A stretch of 64,000 nt of DNA from an uncultured Thermoleophilia bacterium (GTDB lineage: Bacteria; Actinomycetota; Thermoleophilia; UBA2241). This document shows, piece after piece, positions 7,973 through 16,687 of the stretch. Position numbers and translations under genes: made by a program. Where the stretch lies: NCBI GenBank assembly GCA_963715985.1, contig CAVQSP010000020.1, forward strand, positions 61,453 to 125,452. The letters are read 5' to 3'. The notes beneath the pieces are model-generated. The model searched no databases. It had not been told where the DNA came from and was given only the letters and a program-made list of their open reading frames with translations. Each line of letters starts with the position of its first letter. Positions within the stretch are counted from its first letter, which is position 1.

Positions 7973-9301
7973 CTACCCGCTCATGCCGGGCAGGCGAAAC
8001 CCGCGCATCTTGCCGCCCGAGAACATCTTGAGCATCTTCTGCATCTCACGGTACTGCTTGAGCAGCAGATTGACGTCCTGGATGGAGGTGCCGCTGCCGG
8101 CCGCGATGCGCCTCCGGCGGCTGCCGTCGATGACGTCGGGGTGGCGCCGCTCCTGCGGCGTCATGGAGAAGATCATCGCCTCGATGCGGTCCAGTTGTGA
8201 GTCGTCCACCTGGACGTTCTTGAGCTCCTTCATGCCGGGCACGCCGGGCAGCATGCCCAGGATGCTGGAGAGCGAGCCCATCTTGCGCACCTGCTTGAGC
8301 TGGTCCAGGAAGTCCTCGAAGGTGAACTCGGCGCGGCGGAGCTTGGCCTCCATCTCCGCCGCCTGCTTCTCGTCGAGGTTCTGCTCGGCCTTCTCGATGA
8401 GGCTGAGCACGTCGCCCATACCGAGGATGCGGCTGGCCATGCGATCCGGGTGAAAGACGTCGAAGTCGTCGAGCTTCTCGCCGGTGCTGGCGAACTTGAT
8501 GGGCTTGCCGGTGACCGCGCGCACGCTGAGAGCGGCGCCCCCGCGGGCGTCGCCGTCGAGCTTGGTGAGCACGACGCCGTCGAGGTCCACCTGACCACGG
8601 AACGCGTCGGCCGCGTTGACGGCGTCCTGGCCGGTCATGGAGTCCACCACGAGGAGGACGTTGTGTGGCTTCACCGCGTCGCGGATGTTGACGAGCTCGG
8701 CCATGAGCTCCTCGTCGACGTGCAGGCGGCCGGCGGTGTCGATGATGGCCACGTCGCCGTGGGAGCGCGCGAAGGCGACGCCGTCGCGCGCGATGTCGAC
8801 AGGGTCCAGATGGGCGCCGGGCGCGTAGCAGGGCACGCCCACGCGCCCGGCCAGCGTCTGCAGCTGGTCGATGGCGGCCGGCCGGTAGACGTCGGCGGCG
8901 ATGAGCACCGGCGACTTGCCGTCTTTCTTGAGCAGCTTGGCGAGCTTGGCGCAGGTGGTCGTCTTGCCCGAGCCCTGGAGGCCGGCCAGGAGGACGATGG
9001 TAGGCGGATGGCCACTGAAGGCGAGCTTGGAGTCGCCGCTGCCCATGAGCGCGACGAGCTCCTCGTTCACGATCTTCACGACCTGCTGCGCCGGCGTGAG
9101 GCTCTCCATCACCTCGGCGCCGAGCGCGCGCTCCTTGACGTGCGCCACGAACTCGCGCACCACCTTGAAGTTCACGTCAGCTTCAAGGAGCGCCAGACGG
9201 ATCTCGCGCATCGCCGCGTCGACGTCCTCGGCGGTGAGCTTGCCGTGGCCTTTGAGACTCTGCATGACGCCTTGCAGGCGGTCGGTGAGCGACTCGAACA
9301 T
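7973..9301 (-). CDS. ffh: Signal recognition particle protein Ffh
   Basis: MFESLTDRLQGVMQSLKG..., GLQGSGKTTTCAKLA, DTAGRL, methionine-rich M domain. ATG at 9301 with GGAAGG upstream. The track ORF is N-terminally over-extended. Confidence 0.95.
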   Translation of the reverse strand: MFESLTDRLQGVMQSLKGHGKLTAEDVDAAMREIRLALLEADVNFKVVREFVAHVKERALGAEVMESLTPAQQVVKIVNEELVALMGSGDSKLAFSGHPPTIVLLAGLQGSGKTTTCAKLAKLLKKDGKSPVLIAADVYRPAAIDQLQTLAGRVGVPCYAPGAHLDPVDIARDGVAFARSHGDVAIIDTAGRLHVDEELMAELVNIRDAVKPHNVLLVVDSMTGQDAVNAADAFRGQVDLDGVVLTKLDGDARGGAALSVRAVTGKPIKFASTGEKLDDFDVFHPDRMASRILGMGDVLSLIEKAEQNLDEKQAAEMEAKLRRAEFTFEDFLDQLKQVRKMGSLSSILGMLPGVPGMKELKNVQVDDSQLDRIEAMIFSMTPQERRHPDVIDGSRRRRIAAGSGTSIQDVNLLLKQYREMQKMLKMFSGGKMRGFRLPGMSG

Positions 9302-9333
9302 GCGTGCCTTCCACTCTCGTGTCGGGGGAAGCG

Positions 9334-9870
9334 TCATCGTAGCACGGCGGTCGCCGGGGCTGCAGTCGGGGACAGATCGAGCACCCAGTGGTGGTGCGGC
9401 CGCCCGAACCACTCCACGCTCCGTTCGGGGTGGAACCCGGCGCGGCGGGCCACCGCCTGGGAGCGCACGTTTCAGGGCTCGATGAAGGCGATGAGCCGTG
9501 GCAGGCCGCGCTCGCACGCATCCTCGGCGCAGCCAAGGGCCGCCTCAGTGGCGAGGCCGCGGCCCCACAGGTCGCGGCGCAGGCGAGAGCCAAGCTCGAC
9601 CTCGACGCCCGCCTCGAGCCCGCGCTGTGCCGGCCCAGAGCCGCCGACGACCTCGCCGGTCGCGCGAAGCACCAGGGCGTAGCGTCCCGTGCCGTCGCGG
9701 CGCGCGTACCCGATCTCCCCGTCCAGCCACGCGCGTGACCGCTCGTAGGTCAGGGGCTCGTCATCACCGAGGGCCAGAGCAGGGTCGGCGATCATGCGGG
9801 CCACGTCGTCGACGTCGGCCGGCACGTACTCCCTGATCAGGAGCCGCTCCGCCTCGAGCGGCAGCGTCAC
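9334..9870 (-). pseudogene. GNAT N-acetyltransferase (RimJ/RimL-like) interrupted by an in-frame TGA at 9472-9474
   Basis: A GTG at 9870 overlaps the ftsY stop (GTGA). Track ORF 9472..10353 ends ...GLPRLIAFIEP*. The same frame continues NVRSQAVARRAGFHPERSVEWFGRPHHHWVLDL... to a TGA at 9334-9336, which is the normal GNAT C-terminus. Confidence 0.7.
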
Positions 9871-10886
9871 GCGCCGGCCTGCTCCTCGCCGTCGCTGCCG
9901 AAGATGGCGCGCGCGAACACGTCGGGCTCGAAGGGCCGCAGGTCCTCGAGCTTCTCCCCCACGCCGATGAGCTTGATGGGGATGCCCAGGGTCTCGTGGA
10001 TCGCCACCACGATGCCGCCCTTGGCCGTGCCGTCGAGCTTGGTGAGCACCACGCCGGTCACGTCCACGGCCTGCCCGAACTCCTGCGCCTGGCGGAGGCC
10101 GTTCTGACCGGTGGTCGCGTCGATCACGAGCAGGGTCTCGTGCGGGGCGCCGGGCAGCTGCTTCTCGATGACCCGGCGCACCTTCTCGAGCTCGCGCATC
10201 AGATTCACTTGCGTGTGCAGGCGGCCGGCCGTGTCGATGAGCACCACATCGGCGCCTCGCGAGCGGGCCGCGGCCACGCCGTCGAAGACCACGGCCGCCG
10301 GGTCGCCGCCCTCGTCCTGCTTCACGATCTCGCAGCCAACGCGCCGCGACCACTCGGTGAGCTGTTCCACGGCCGCGGCGCGGAAGGTGTCGCCGGCCAC
10401 CATCATGGGGGTCTTCCCCATCTCTTTGAGCCGCCAGGCGATCTTGCCGATCGTGGTCGTCTTGCCCGTGCCGTTCACGCCGACCATGAGGATGACGGTG
10501 GGCTGCTGCGTGACGTCGATCCGCTGGCGCTCAGGGTCCTCGGGGCGCAGGACCCCGGCGACCACGTCGGCGAGCTCGTTCTGGAACGGCTCCCGGGTCT
10601 CGATCTTCTTGGCCGTGCAGCGCTGCTCCAGCTCGTCGACGATCTTGACGGTGCCGTCCACGCCCACGTCGGCGGCGATGAGCAGCTCCTCGACCTGCTC
10701 GTAGAGGCGGCGGTCGACGCCGACGTACACCGCCGCCTTGAGCCCGTCGGCCACGGCGGCGCGAGCCTTGCCGAGGTTGCGGCGCAGGCGGCCGAAGAGG
10801 CCCCTGCGCTCCTGCGCTTCTTCTTCCAGGACGGCGGCCGCGACCTCGTTCTCGTCCACGCCCTTGAACACTTCGTGCCATTCCAC
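9867..10886 (-). CDS. ftsY: Signal recognition particle receptor FtsY
   Basis: 339 aa. GVNGTGKTTTIGKIA, DTAGRLH, TKLDGTAKGG. Confidence 0.95.
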   Translation of the reverse strand: MEWHEVFKGVDENEVAAAVLEEEAQERRGLFGRLRRNLGKARAAVADGLKAAVYVGVDRRLYEQVEELLIAADVGVDGTVKIVDELEQRCTAKKIETREPFQNELADVVAGVLRPEDPERQRIDVTQQPTVILMVGVNGTGKTTTIGKIAWRLKEMGKTPMMVAGDTFRAAAVEQLTEWSRRVGCEIVKQDEGGDPAAVVFDGVAAARSRGADVVLIDTAGRLHTQVNLMRELEKVRRVIEKQLPGAPHETLLVIDATTGQNGLRQAQEFGQAVDVTGVVLTKLDGTAKGGIVVAIHETLGIPIKLIGVGEKLEDLRPFEPDVFARAIFGSDGEEQAGA

Positions 10887-10935
10887 GTCGTCTGCGCTCC
10901 TCGTCAGGCGGCCGGCGCAGCCGGCCGCCGGTCAC

Positions 10936-13900
10936 TCAGTCCTCGCCCCGACTCCCGGCCGCGCGCCCGGCCGCCTGCTCGCGGTCGATCTCTTCTTCCG
11001 CCATGCGGGCGCTGACCACCTGCGACGCTCCGTCCGGCCCCATGGTGACGCCGTACAGCACGTCGGCGGCCTCCATGGTGCGCTTCTGGTGGGTGATCAT
11101 GATGAATTGCGTGCGCTCGCGGTAGTCACGCAGCAGCTGGACGAGGCGGCCGATGTTGACGTCGTCAAGGGCCGCCTCGATCTCGTCGAGGATGTAGAAC
11201 GGGCAGGGGCGCGCTAACACCAGCGCCATCAGGAAGGCGATGGCCACCAGGGCGCGCTCGCCGCCGGACAGCAGCTGCAGCTTCTTGCCGAGCTTCTTGG
11301 CCGGCTTGACCTCCACGCTCACGCCGCCGGGGTCGTCCGCGGTGGGCTCGGCGAGCTTGAGGGTGCCGCGCCCGCCCGGGAAGAGCACGGCGACCATGTG
11401 CTCGAACTGCTCCTGCACCGCGGCGAAGGTCTCGGCGAACTCGGCGTCGATCTGCGCCGTGAGCTCCCTGATGAGCGCCTGCAGCTCGTCGAGGGACTTC
11501 TCCAGATCGCGGCGCTGCTCGCGCATGAAGGCGGCGCGCTCGCCGAGCTCGGCGCACTCTGCCTCCGCGAGCGGGTTCACGGGCCCGATGCGCTCGCGAC
11601 GGCGCGCGAGCCGCTCCAGCTTCTCGCGGAGCTCGTGCTCCTCGGCCTCGTCGGCCGGCGGCGAGAACGACGCTTCATCGAGCCGCTCACTGATCTCGTC
11701 GAGAGCCGTGGCGAGCTCGCCGCGACGGTCCTCGAGGCGTGCCAGCGCCACGCGCGCCGCGGTCTTGCGCTCGCCGAGCTCGGCGAGACGGTGGCGCAGC
11801 GAAGCCTCGTTCTCGGCCAGCGTGCGCAGGCGGCCGCGGTCCAGTGACGCCTCGGCGTCGCCCCGGCCCTCGAGCCGGGCGACGACGGTGCGCGCACGTC
11901 CGCCCAGCTGCGCCGCGCGCTCGACCAGCTCGCCGCAGACCTCGCGCACCTCGGGCAGGCCGGCGAGCCGCTCATCCAGTTCCTTGAGCCGCGCGCGACC
12001 CTGCGCGACGCGCGCCCGCGCGGCCTCGCGCTGCGCGGCGGCCCGTTGCGCGGCGGCGCGGCGCTCCTCCAGCTCCACGCGCCGCCTCGTCACCTGGGAG
12101 AGCGCCTCGGCGTGCTCACCTTCGAGCGCGGTCAACGAGGCTTCACCGGCCTCGATCACGGGCCTGAGGCTCTCCGTCTGCACCAGGGCGGCGGCCGCGG
12201 CGGCCGCGGCCGCTTCGCCGCCCGCCTGCGCCTCCGCTCGCTCCGCCGCGATGGCCTCCAGGGCGCGGAGGTCGCGGGCGATCACTTCCTCGAGGTCACG
12301 TGCCCGCATGCGCACCGCCCTGAGCTCGCGCTCCGCCGCCTCGGCGCCCATGCGCGCCTCCCGCTCGGCGGTCGCGTCCGCCTCGGCGGTCTCCCTGGCG
12401 GCGGCAGCCTCGCGCGCGGCCACGGCGACGGCCGCCTCCGCGCGCACCTCCCGCGAGCGCACTGTGTCCAGCTTGTCGCCGAGCCGCTCGATGGAGGCGC
12501 GCCGCTCCAGGAGCAGCGCCGCAGGCACGCCGCTCGCAAGGCCGATCTGGCCCATGCTCGGCCGGTAGTACTCACCCTCGCGTGTGACGGCCAGACCGGC
12601 GAACTCGTCGGGCACGGCGTGCAGGTCGTCCACGATGACGACGTCCGCAAGCGCGCCGGCGAGCTCGTCGTGCCCACCGAAGCTGACCTTGTCGACGAGC
12701 GGGGCCGCACCCGGGAAGGCGACCGGCGGCCGCGCTCGCGGCGGCGGCACCACCAGGCGCGCCAGGCCGACGCCCGCCTTCTTGAGGGCGCCCAACAGCG
12801 ACCAGTGGTCCACACCGCTGGGCACGGCCAGGGCGCCTGAGAGCTGGGCGAGCGCTGCCGCCAGGGCGCGTTCGTAGCCGGGCTCGCAGGACACCGCCGC
12901 GGCCAGGGACTCGGTACCCGGGTAGGCGCCGGCCACGTCGAGCACGTCGGCGCCCACATCCTGCAGGTCGCGCAGCGCGGCCGCCAGGTGGTCGATCTCG
13001 GCCTCCAGGCCGCGCCGCTCGAGCGCGAGGGCGCGGTGCTGCTCCTCGGCCTCCGCGCGCTGCCGCTCGGCCTCGAGGGCCGCGGCGGCGGACGACCCGG
13101 CCGTGCCCGCAGCAGCAGTCAGTGCGCCGCGGGCCACGGTCTCAGCCTCGGCGGCGGCGCGCTCCACGCCGTCCTTCTCCTCCGCCTCGGCGACCAGAGC
13201 CGCGTGCTGGGCGGTGAGACGGCGCTCCTCGCCGCCGAGCGCCTCCTGTCGCCGCTGCAGCCGGGCGGCCGTGGTGAGCGCGTTCTCACGCTCCAGCGTG
13301 TGACGGGCCAGCGCCGCCTGCCTGCCGCCGTGGACCTCCCGGGCGGCACTGAGCCGCCCGGCGACCTCGGCGTGCGCCGCCTCCGCGGCGGAGAACGCCG
13401 CCGCCAGGCGACGCTCTTCGCCGGGCCAGCCGTCCTCGGCGGGGTCTTCGGACCCGCCGGACAGCTCGGCCATGAGGCGCTCGCGTTCCTGCGCCGAGGC
13501 GCGCGCCACCTCGTCGAGCAGGCGCAGCCGCTGCTCCGCGAGGCGCCGCCCGCTCTCCAGACGACCGTCGAGCACGCGCGCCCTCAGAAGCCGTTTGGCG
13601 AGGCGCTCCCGTTCCGCCAGGCGACGCGCGAACGACTCCTCCTCCTCCGCGCGCTCCTGAGCCATCGCCTCGAGGCCGTCGTTGCAGCGCGCGCGCTCCT
13701 CTTCTACGACGCGGGCCTCCTCCAGGTGGACGGCGAGCTCACCGTCGACGCCGGCCACGTCGCCCGTGAGCAGGCGCCCCCGCGTCTCGTCGGTCTCGGC
13801 CTCCACGGCGCGCAGCTGCTCGGCGGCGCTGGCCTGGCGGCGCAGCGGGGCGAGCTGCGCGTTGACCTCGCGCTCGAGCAGGTCGGCGCGCTCGAGGTTG

Positions 13901-14457
13901 CGCCGCACCTCGCGCAGCTTGAGCTCCGCGCGTTCGCGACGGCGCTTGAAGGTGCCCAAGCCGGCCGCCTCCTCGATCTGATTGCGGCGGTCCTCCGGCT
14001 TGCCGGCCAGGAACGACTCCACCTTGCCCTGGCCGATGATGGAGTGCAGCTCACGTCCCAGGCCCACCTGTGCCATCAACTCCACCACGTCGGTGAGACG
14101 GCACGTCGAATGGTTGATGGCGTACTGGGACGAGCCGTCGCGGGCCACGCGGCGCGAGATGCTGACGTCGGCGGTGGGCAAGGGCAGCGACCCGTCGCTG
14201 TTGTCGAAGGTGAGCTCCACTTCGGCACTGCCGGCGGCGCGGCGCCCGTCGCTGCCGGCGAAGATGACATCCTGCATCGACGAGCCACGGACCGTACTGG
14301 GGCTCTGCTCGCCCAGCGCCCACACGACGGCATCGGCGATGTTGCTCTTGCCGCTGCCGTTGGGGCCTATCACGACGCTCACGCCGGGCTCGAAAAGGAG
14401 CTCGGTCTGCAGCGGGAACGACTTGAAGCCCTTGACCCGCAGCGACTTGAGGAACAC
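10936..14457 (-). CDS. smc: Chromosome partition protein SMC
   Basis: 1173 aa. N-terminal Walker A GPNGSGKSNI, long coiled coils, hinge, C-terminal LSGGERALVAIAFLMA / FYILDEIEAALD. Confidence 0.95.
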   Translation of the reverse strand: MFLKSLRVKGFKSFPLQTELLFEPGVSVVIGPNGSGKSNIADAVVWALGEQSPSTVRGSSMQDVIFAGSDGRRAAGSAEVELTFDNSDGSLPLPTADVSISRRVARDGSSQYAINHSTCRLTDVVELMAQVGLGRELHSIIGQGKVESFLAGKPEDRRNQIEEAAGLGTFKRRRERAELKLREVRRNLERADLLEREVNAQLAPLRRQASAAEQLRAVEAETDETRGRLLTGDVAGVDGELAVHLEEARVVEEERARCNDGLEAMAQERAEEEESFARRLAERERLAKRLLRARVLDGRLESGRRLAEQRLRLLDEVARASAQERERLMAELSGGSEDPAEDGWPGEERRLAAAFSAAEAAHAEVAGRLSAAREVHGGRQAALARHTLERENALTTAARLQRRQEALGGEERRLTAQHAALVAEAEEKDGVERAAAEAETVARGALTAAAGTAGSSAAAALEAERQRAEAEEQHRALALERRGLEAEIDHLAAALRDLQDVGADVLDVAGAYPGTESLAAAVSCEPGYERALAAALAQLSGALAVPSGVDHWSLLGALKKAGVGLARLVVPPPRARPPVAFPGAAPLVDKVSFGGHDELAGALADVVIVDDLHAVPDEFAGLAVTREGEYYRPSMGQIGLASGVPAALLLERRASIERLGDKLDTVRSREVRAEAAVAVAAREAAAARETAEADATAEREARMGAEAAERELRAVRMRARDLEEVIARDLRALEAIAAERAEAQAGGEAAAAAAAAALVQTESLRPVIEAGEASLTALEGEHAEALSQVTRRRVELEERRAAAQRAAAQREAARARVAQGRARLKELDERLAGLPEVREVCGELVERAAQLGGRARTVVARLEGRGDAEASLDRGRLRTLAENEASLRHRLAELGERKTAARVALARLEDRRGELATALDEISERLDEASFSPPADEAEEHELREKLERLARRRERIGPVNPLAEAECAELGERAAFMREQRRDLEKSLDELQALIRELTAQIDAEFAETFAAVQEQFEHMVAVLFPGGRGTLKLAEPTADDPGGVSVEVKPAKKLGKKLQLLSGGERALVAIAFLMALVLARPCPFYILDEIEAALDDVNIGRLVQLLRDYRERTQFIMITHQKRTMEAADVLYGVTMGPDGASQVVSARMAEEEIDREQAAGRAAGSRGED

Positions 14458-14459
14458 GG

Positions 14460-15260
14460 TCAGCCGCCTCCGGCGGCAGACGTGCCCGCCTGGGGGTCGT
14501 CCTCGGGCAGACCGTCCCGGGTGCCGGCGTCCGCGGGGCGGCGGGCCCGGCGCCCGCGCAGTCTGGCGCGCCTCGACGTGCGCCGGGCGCGCGTCTGCAG
14601 CTCGCTCAGCGCCTCGGCGGCGGCCTCCTGCTCGGCGCGCTTCTTGCTCGTGCCGAAGCCGTGTCCGAGCGCCTCGCCGTCCACGCAGGCCTCGATCTCG
14701 AACTCGCGGTCATGCGGCGGGCCGCTGTAGCCCAACACCCGGTAGCTGACCGACTGCGCCGTGCGCGCCAGGTGCTCCTGCAGCTCCGTCTTGTGGTCGA
14801 TGTAGCTGCTCTCGGCGAACTCGATGTGCTCGTCGAAGACCTCGACCACGGCCGGGCGCACCGCCTCGTAGCCGAAGGTCACGTAGACGGCGCCGATGAG
14901 CGCCTCGGTGAGGTCGGCGAGCACGTTCTGGTTGCTCTGCAGCTGCGTCGCGTCGCCGCCCTCACGCCCAGCCTCGGCGTGCTCGCGCATGAGCTTGCCC
15001 AGCCCGAGCTTGGTCGCCACACGGGCGCAGGTGGCGCGGCTGACGATGTAGGCACGCAGGCGCGCGAGATGGCCCTCGGCGAAGTCGGGGAAGCGCCGGT
15101 AGAGCTCGGTCGTGATGCACAGACTGAGCACGCTGTCGCCGAGGAACTCGAGCCGCTCGTACGAATCGACGCGTTCGGCCGCCCACGAGGTGTGGGTGAA
15201 CACCTGCCGCATCATCGCACGGTCGAGCTGTTCCGCCAGGGATAAGAGCCGGTAGGTCAC
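14460..15260 (-). CDS. rnc: Ribonuclease III with a ~50-aa Arg-rich C-terminal tail
   Basis: ERLEFLGDSVL signature and a dsRBD (HDREFEIEACVDGEALGHGFGTSKKRAEQEAAAEAL). Tail: RARRTSRRARLRGRRARRPAD... Confidence 0.9.
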   Translation of the reverse strand: MTYRLLSLAEQLDRAMMRQVFTHTSWAAERVDSYERLEFLGDSVLSLCITTELYRRFPDFAEGHLARLRAYIVSRATCARVATKLGLGKLMREHAEAGREGGDATQLQSNQNVLADLTEALIGAVYVTFGYEAVRPAVVEVFDEHIEFAESSYIDHKTELQEHLARTAQSVSYRVLGYSGPPHDREFEIEACVDGEALGHGFGTSKKRAEQEAAAEALSELQTRARRTSRRARLRGRRARRPADAGTRDGLPEDDPQAGTSAAGGG

Positions 15261-15274
15261 GCAGGCCTCACACG

Positions 15275-15320
15275 GCGACGAGGGGACGCCTCCCGCGCGC
15301 GGGAAGCCCCCCCTCGTCGC
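15275..15320 (-). promoter_or_regulatory. 46-nt near-perfect GC hairpin between acpP and rnc (terminator and/or RNase III autoregulatory substrate)
   Basis: gcgacgagggg (15275-15285) pairs with cccctcgtcgc (15310-15320). The inner ctcccgcg/cgcgggaag pairing gives about 19 bp in total. It lies 15 nt upstream of the rnc start and 22 nt downstream of the acpP stop. Confidence 0.5.
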
Positions 15321-15342
15321 TCACAGACAAACGGGGACGGGA

Positions 15343-15588
15343 CTAGGCGTCGACCCTCTTCATCACGAAATCGACGGCGTCGCCGACGGTCTTGATCTCC
15401 GCCGCCTCTTCGTCGCTGATCTTGATGCCGAACTTCTCTTCCATGGTCATCACGAGCTCGACGAGATCGAGCGAGTCCGTCTCGAGGTCCTCCTGGAAAC
15501 GCGCGTCCATGGTGACCTTGTCCTCGTCCACGCTCAGGGTCTCCACGAGGATACCCTTCACATGCTCGAACACCTCTTCACGGGTCAT
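15343..15588 (-). CDS. acpP: Acyl carrier protein
   Basis: MTREEVFEHVKGILVETLSVDEDKVTMDARFQEDLETDSLDLVELVM (DSLD phosphopantetheine site). GGAGG 8 nt upstream of the ATG at 15588. Confidence 0.92.
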   Translation of the reverse strand: MTREEVFEHVKGILVETLSVDEDKVTMDARFQEDLETDSLDLVELVMTMEEKFGIKISDEEAAEIKTVGDAVDFVMKRVDA

Positions 15589-15619
15589 CGACGAACCTCC
15601 GGTAGAGATTTGGCAGAGT

Positions 15620-16687
15620 CTACACGTTCCCGGGCGAGGCCCCAAGCTCGGCCGAGATGGCCGGCAGAAGGTCGCTCACCGCGGCGCGGCGGCCCATGCG
15701 CACGGCCTGTGCGATGCCCCGAGCGGTGGAGCTGCCGTGGGCGATGATGACGGGGGCGCTCACGCCCGCGAGGATCGCGCCCCCGAACTCGTTGGGGTCG
15801 AGGGCATCCTTGAGTCGCAACAGGTCGCGGCGCAGCAGCAGACCGCCGATCTTCGTGCCCACGGACGAGTCGATGGTCTGGCGCAGGGCGGTGAGGATGC
15901 CGCGCGCCGAGCCCTCGATGGTCTTGAGCGCGACGTTGCCGGTGAACCCGTCGGTGACCACGACGTCGACCACGCGGTTCATGATGTCGCGGCCCTCCAC
16001 GTTGCCGTGGAAGCGCACGTGAGGGTCGGCGGCGATGAGCTGGTGCGCCTCGATGACCTCGGGCGTGCCCTTGGTGGGCTCTTCCCCGATGGAGAGCAGG
16101 CCGACCTCGGGCTCGGCGATGCCCATCACCTCGCGCGCGAAGATGCCGCCCATCACGGCGAACTGGCGCAGGTGCTCGGGGCGGTACTCGGCGTTGGCGC
16201 CCACGTCCAGGAAGGCGATCGGCTTCGGCATGCACGGCATGATGGTGCAGATGGCCGGCCGCTTCACGCCGCGGATGCGGCGTACGTAGAGCAACGCACC
16301 GGCCACCACGGCGCCGGTGTTGCCGGCCGAGACGAAGACGTCGGCCTCACCGCTGTGCACAAGCTTGAGGCCGATCACGATGCTGGAGTCGGTACGGTTT
16401 CGCGCGGCCCAGGCCGGCTCCTCGTCGTAGCCGATGACGTCGGCGGCGTGCATCACGGAGACATGCTCGGCGCCGGGCGGCAGCAGCGGCCGCACAACGG
16501 CTTCGTCGCCGACGAAGACCACGTGGACGTCGGGGCCGGCGGCCTGCAGGGCGCCGCGGACGACTTCGCCCGGCGCCTTGTCCCCGCCGGCCGCGTCCAC
16601 GACCACGCGCACCACACGGCCGCCGGCGGACGCCGTCCACGCCGCCGTGACCTCGTGGGGAGAGACGTAGTGGGGAGCCGGCGTCAT
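15620..16687 (-). CDS. plsX: Phosphate acyltransferase PlsX
   Basis: VVVDAAGGDKAP..., FVSAGNTGAVVA, HGSS. The ATG at 16687 overlaps the upstream stop (ATGA). The 597-aa track ORF is an over-extension. Confidence 0.9.
   Translation of the reverse strand: MTPAPHYVSPHEVTAAWTASAGGRVVRVVVDAAGGDKAPGEVVRGALQAAGPDVHVVFVGDEAVVRPLLPPGAEHVSVMHAADVIGYDEEPAWAARNRTDSSIVIGLKLVHSGEADVFVSAGNTGAVVAGALLYVRRIRGVKRPAICTIMPCMPKPIAFLDVGANAEYRPEHLRQFAVMGGIFAREVMGIAEPEVGLLSIGEEPTKGTPEVIEAHQLIAADPHVRFHGNVEGRDIMNRVVDVVVTDGFTGNVALKTIEGSARGILTALRQTIDSSVGTKIGGLLLRRDLLRLKDALDPNEFGGAILAGVSAPVIIAHGSSTARGIAQAVRMGRRAAVSDLLPAISAELGASPGNV

Noticed and set aside
9472-9474. In-frame TGA in the GNAT gene as selenocysteine or a reassigned codon
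   Set aside because: TGA is used as an ordinary stop by many neighbouring genes (comM, ftsY, trmD, aroC, pilO and others). I saw no SECIS-like hairpin immediately downstream. GNATs are not known selenoproteins, and the expected residue is not Cys.
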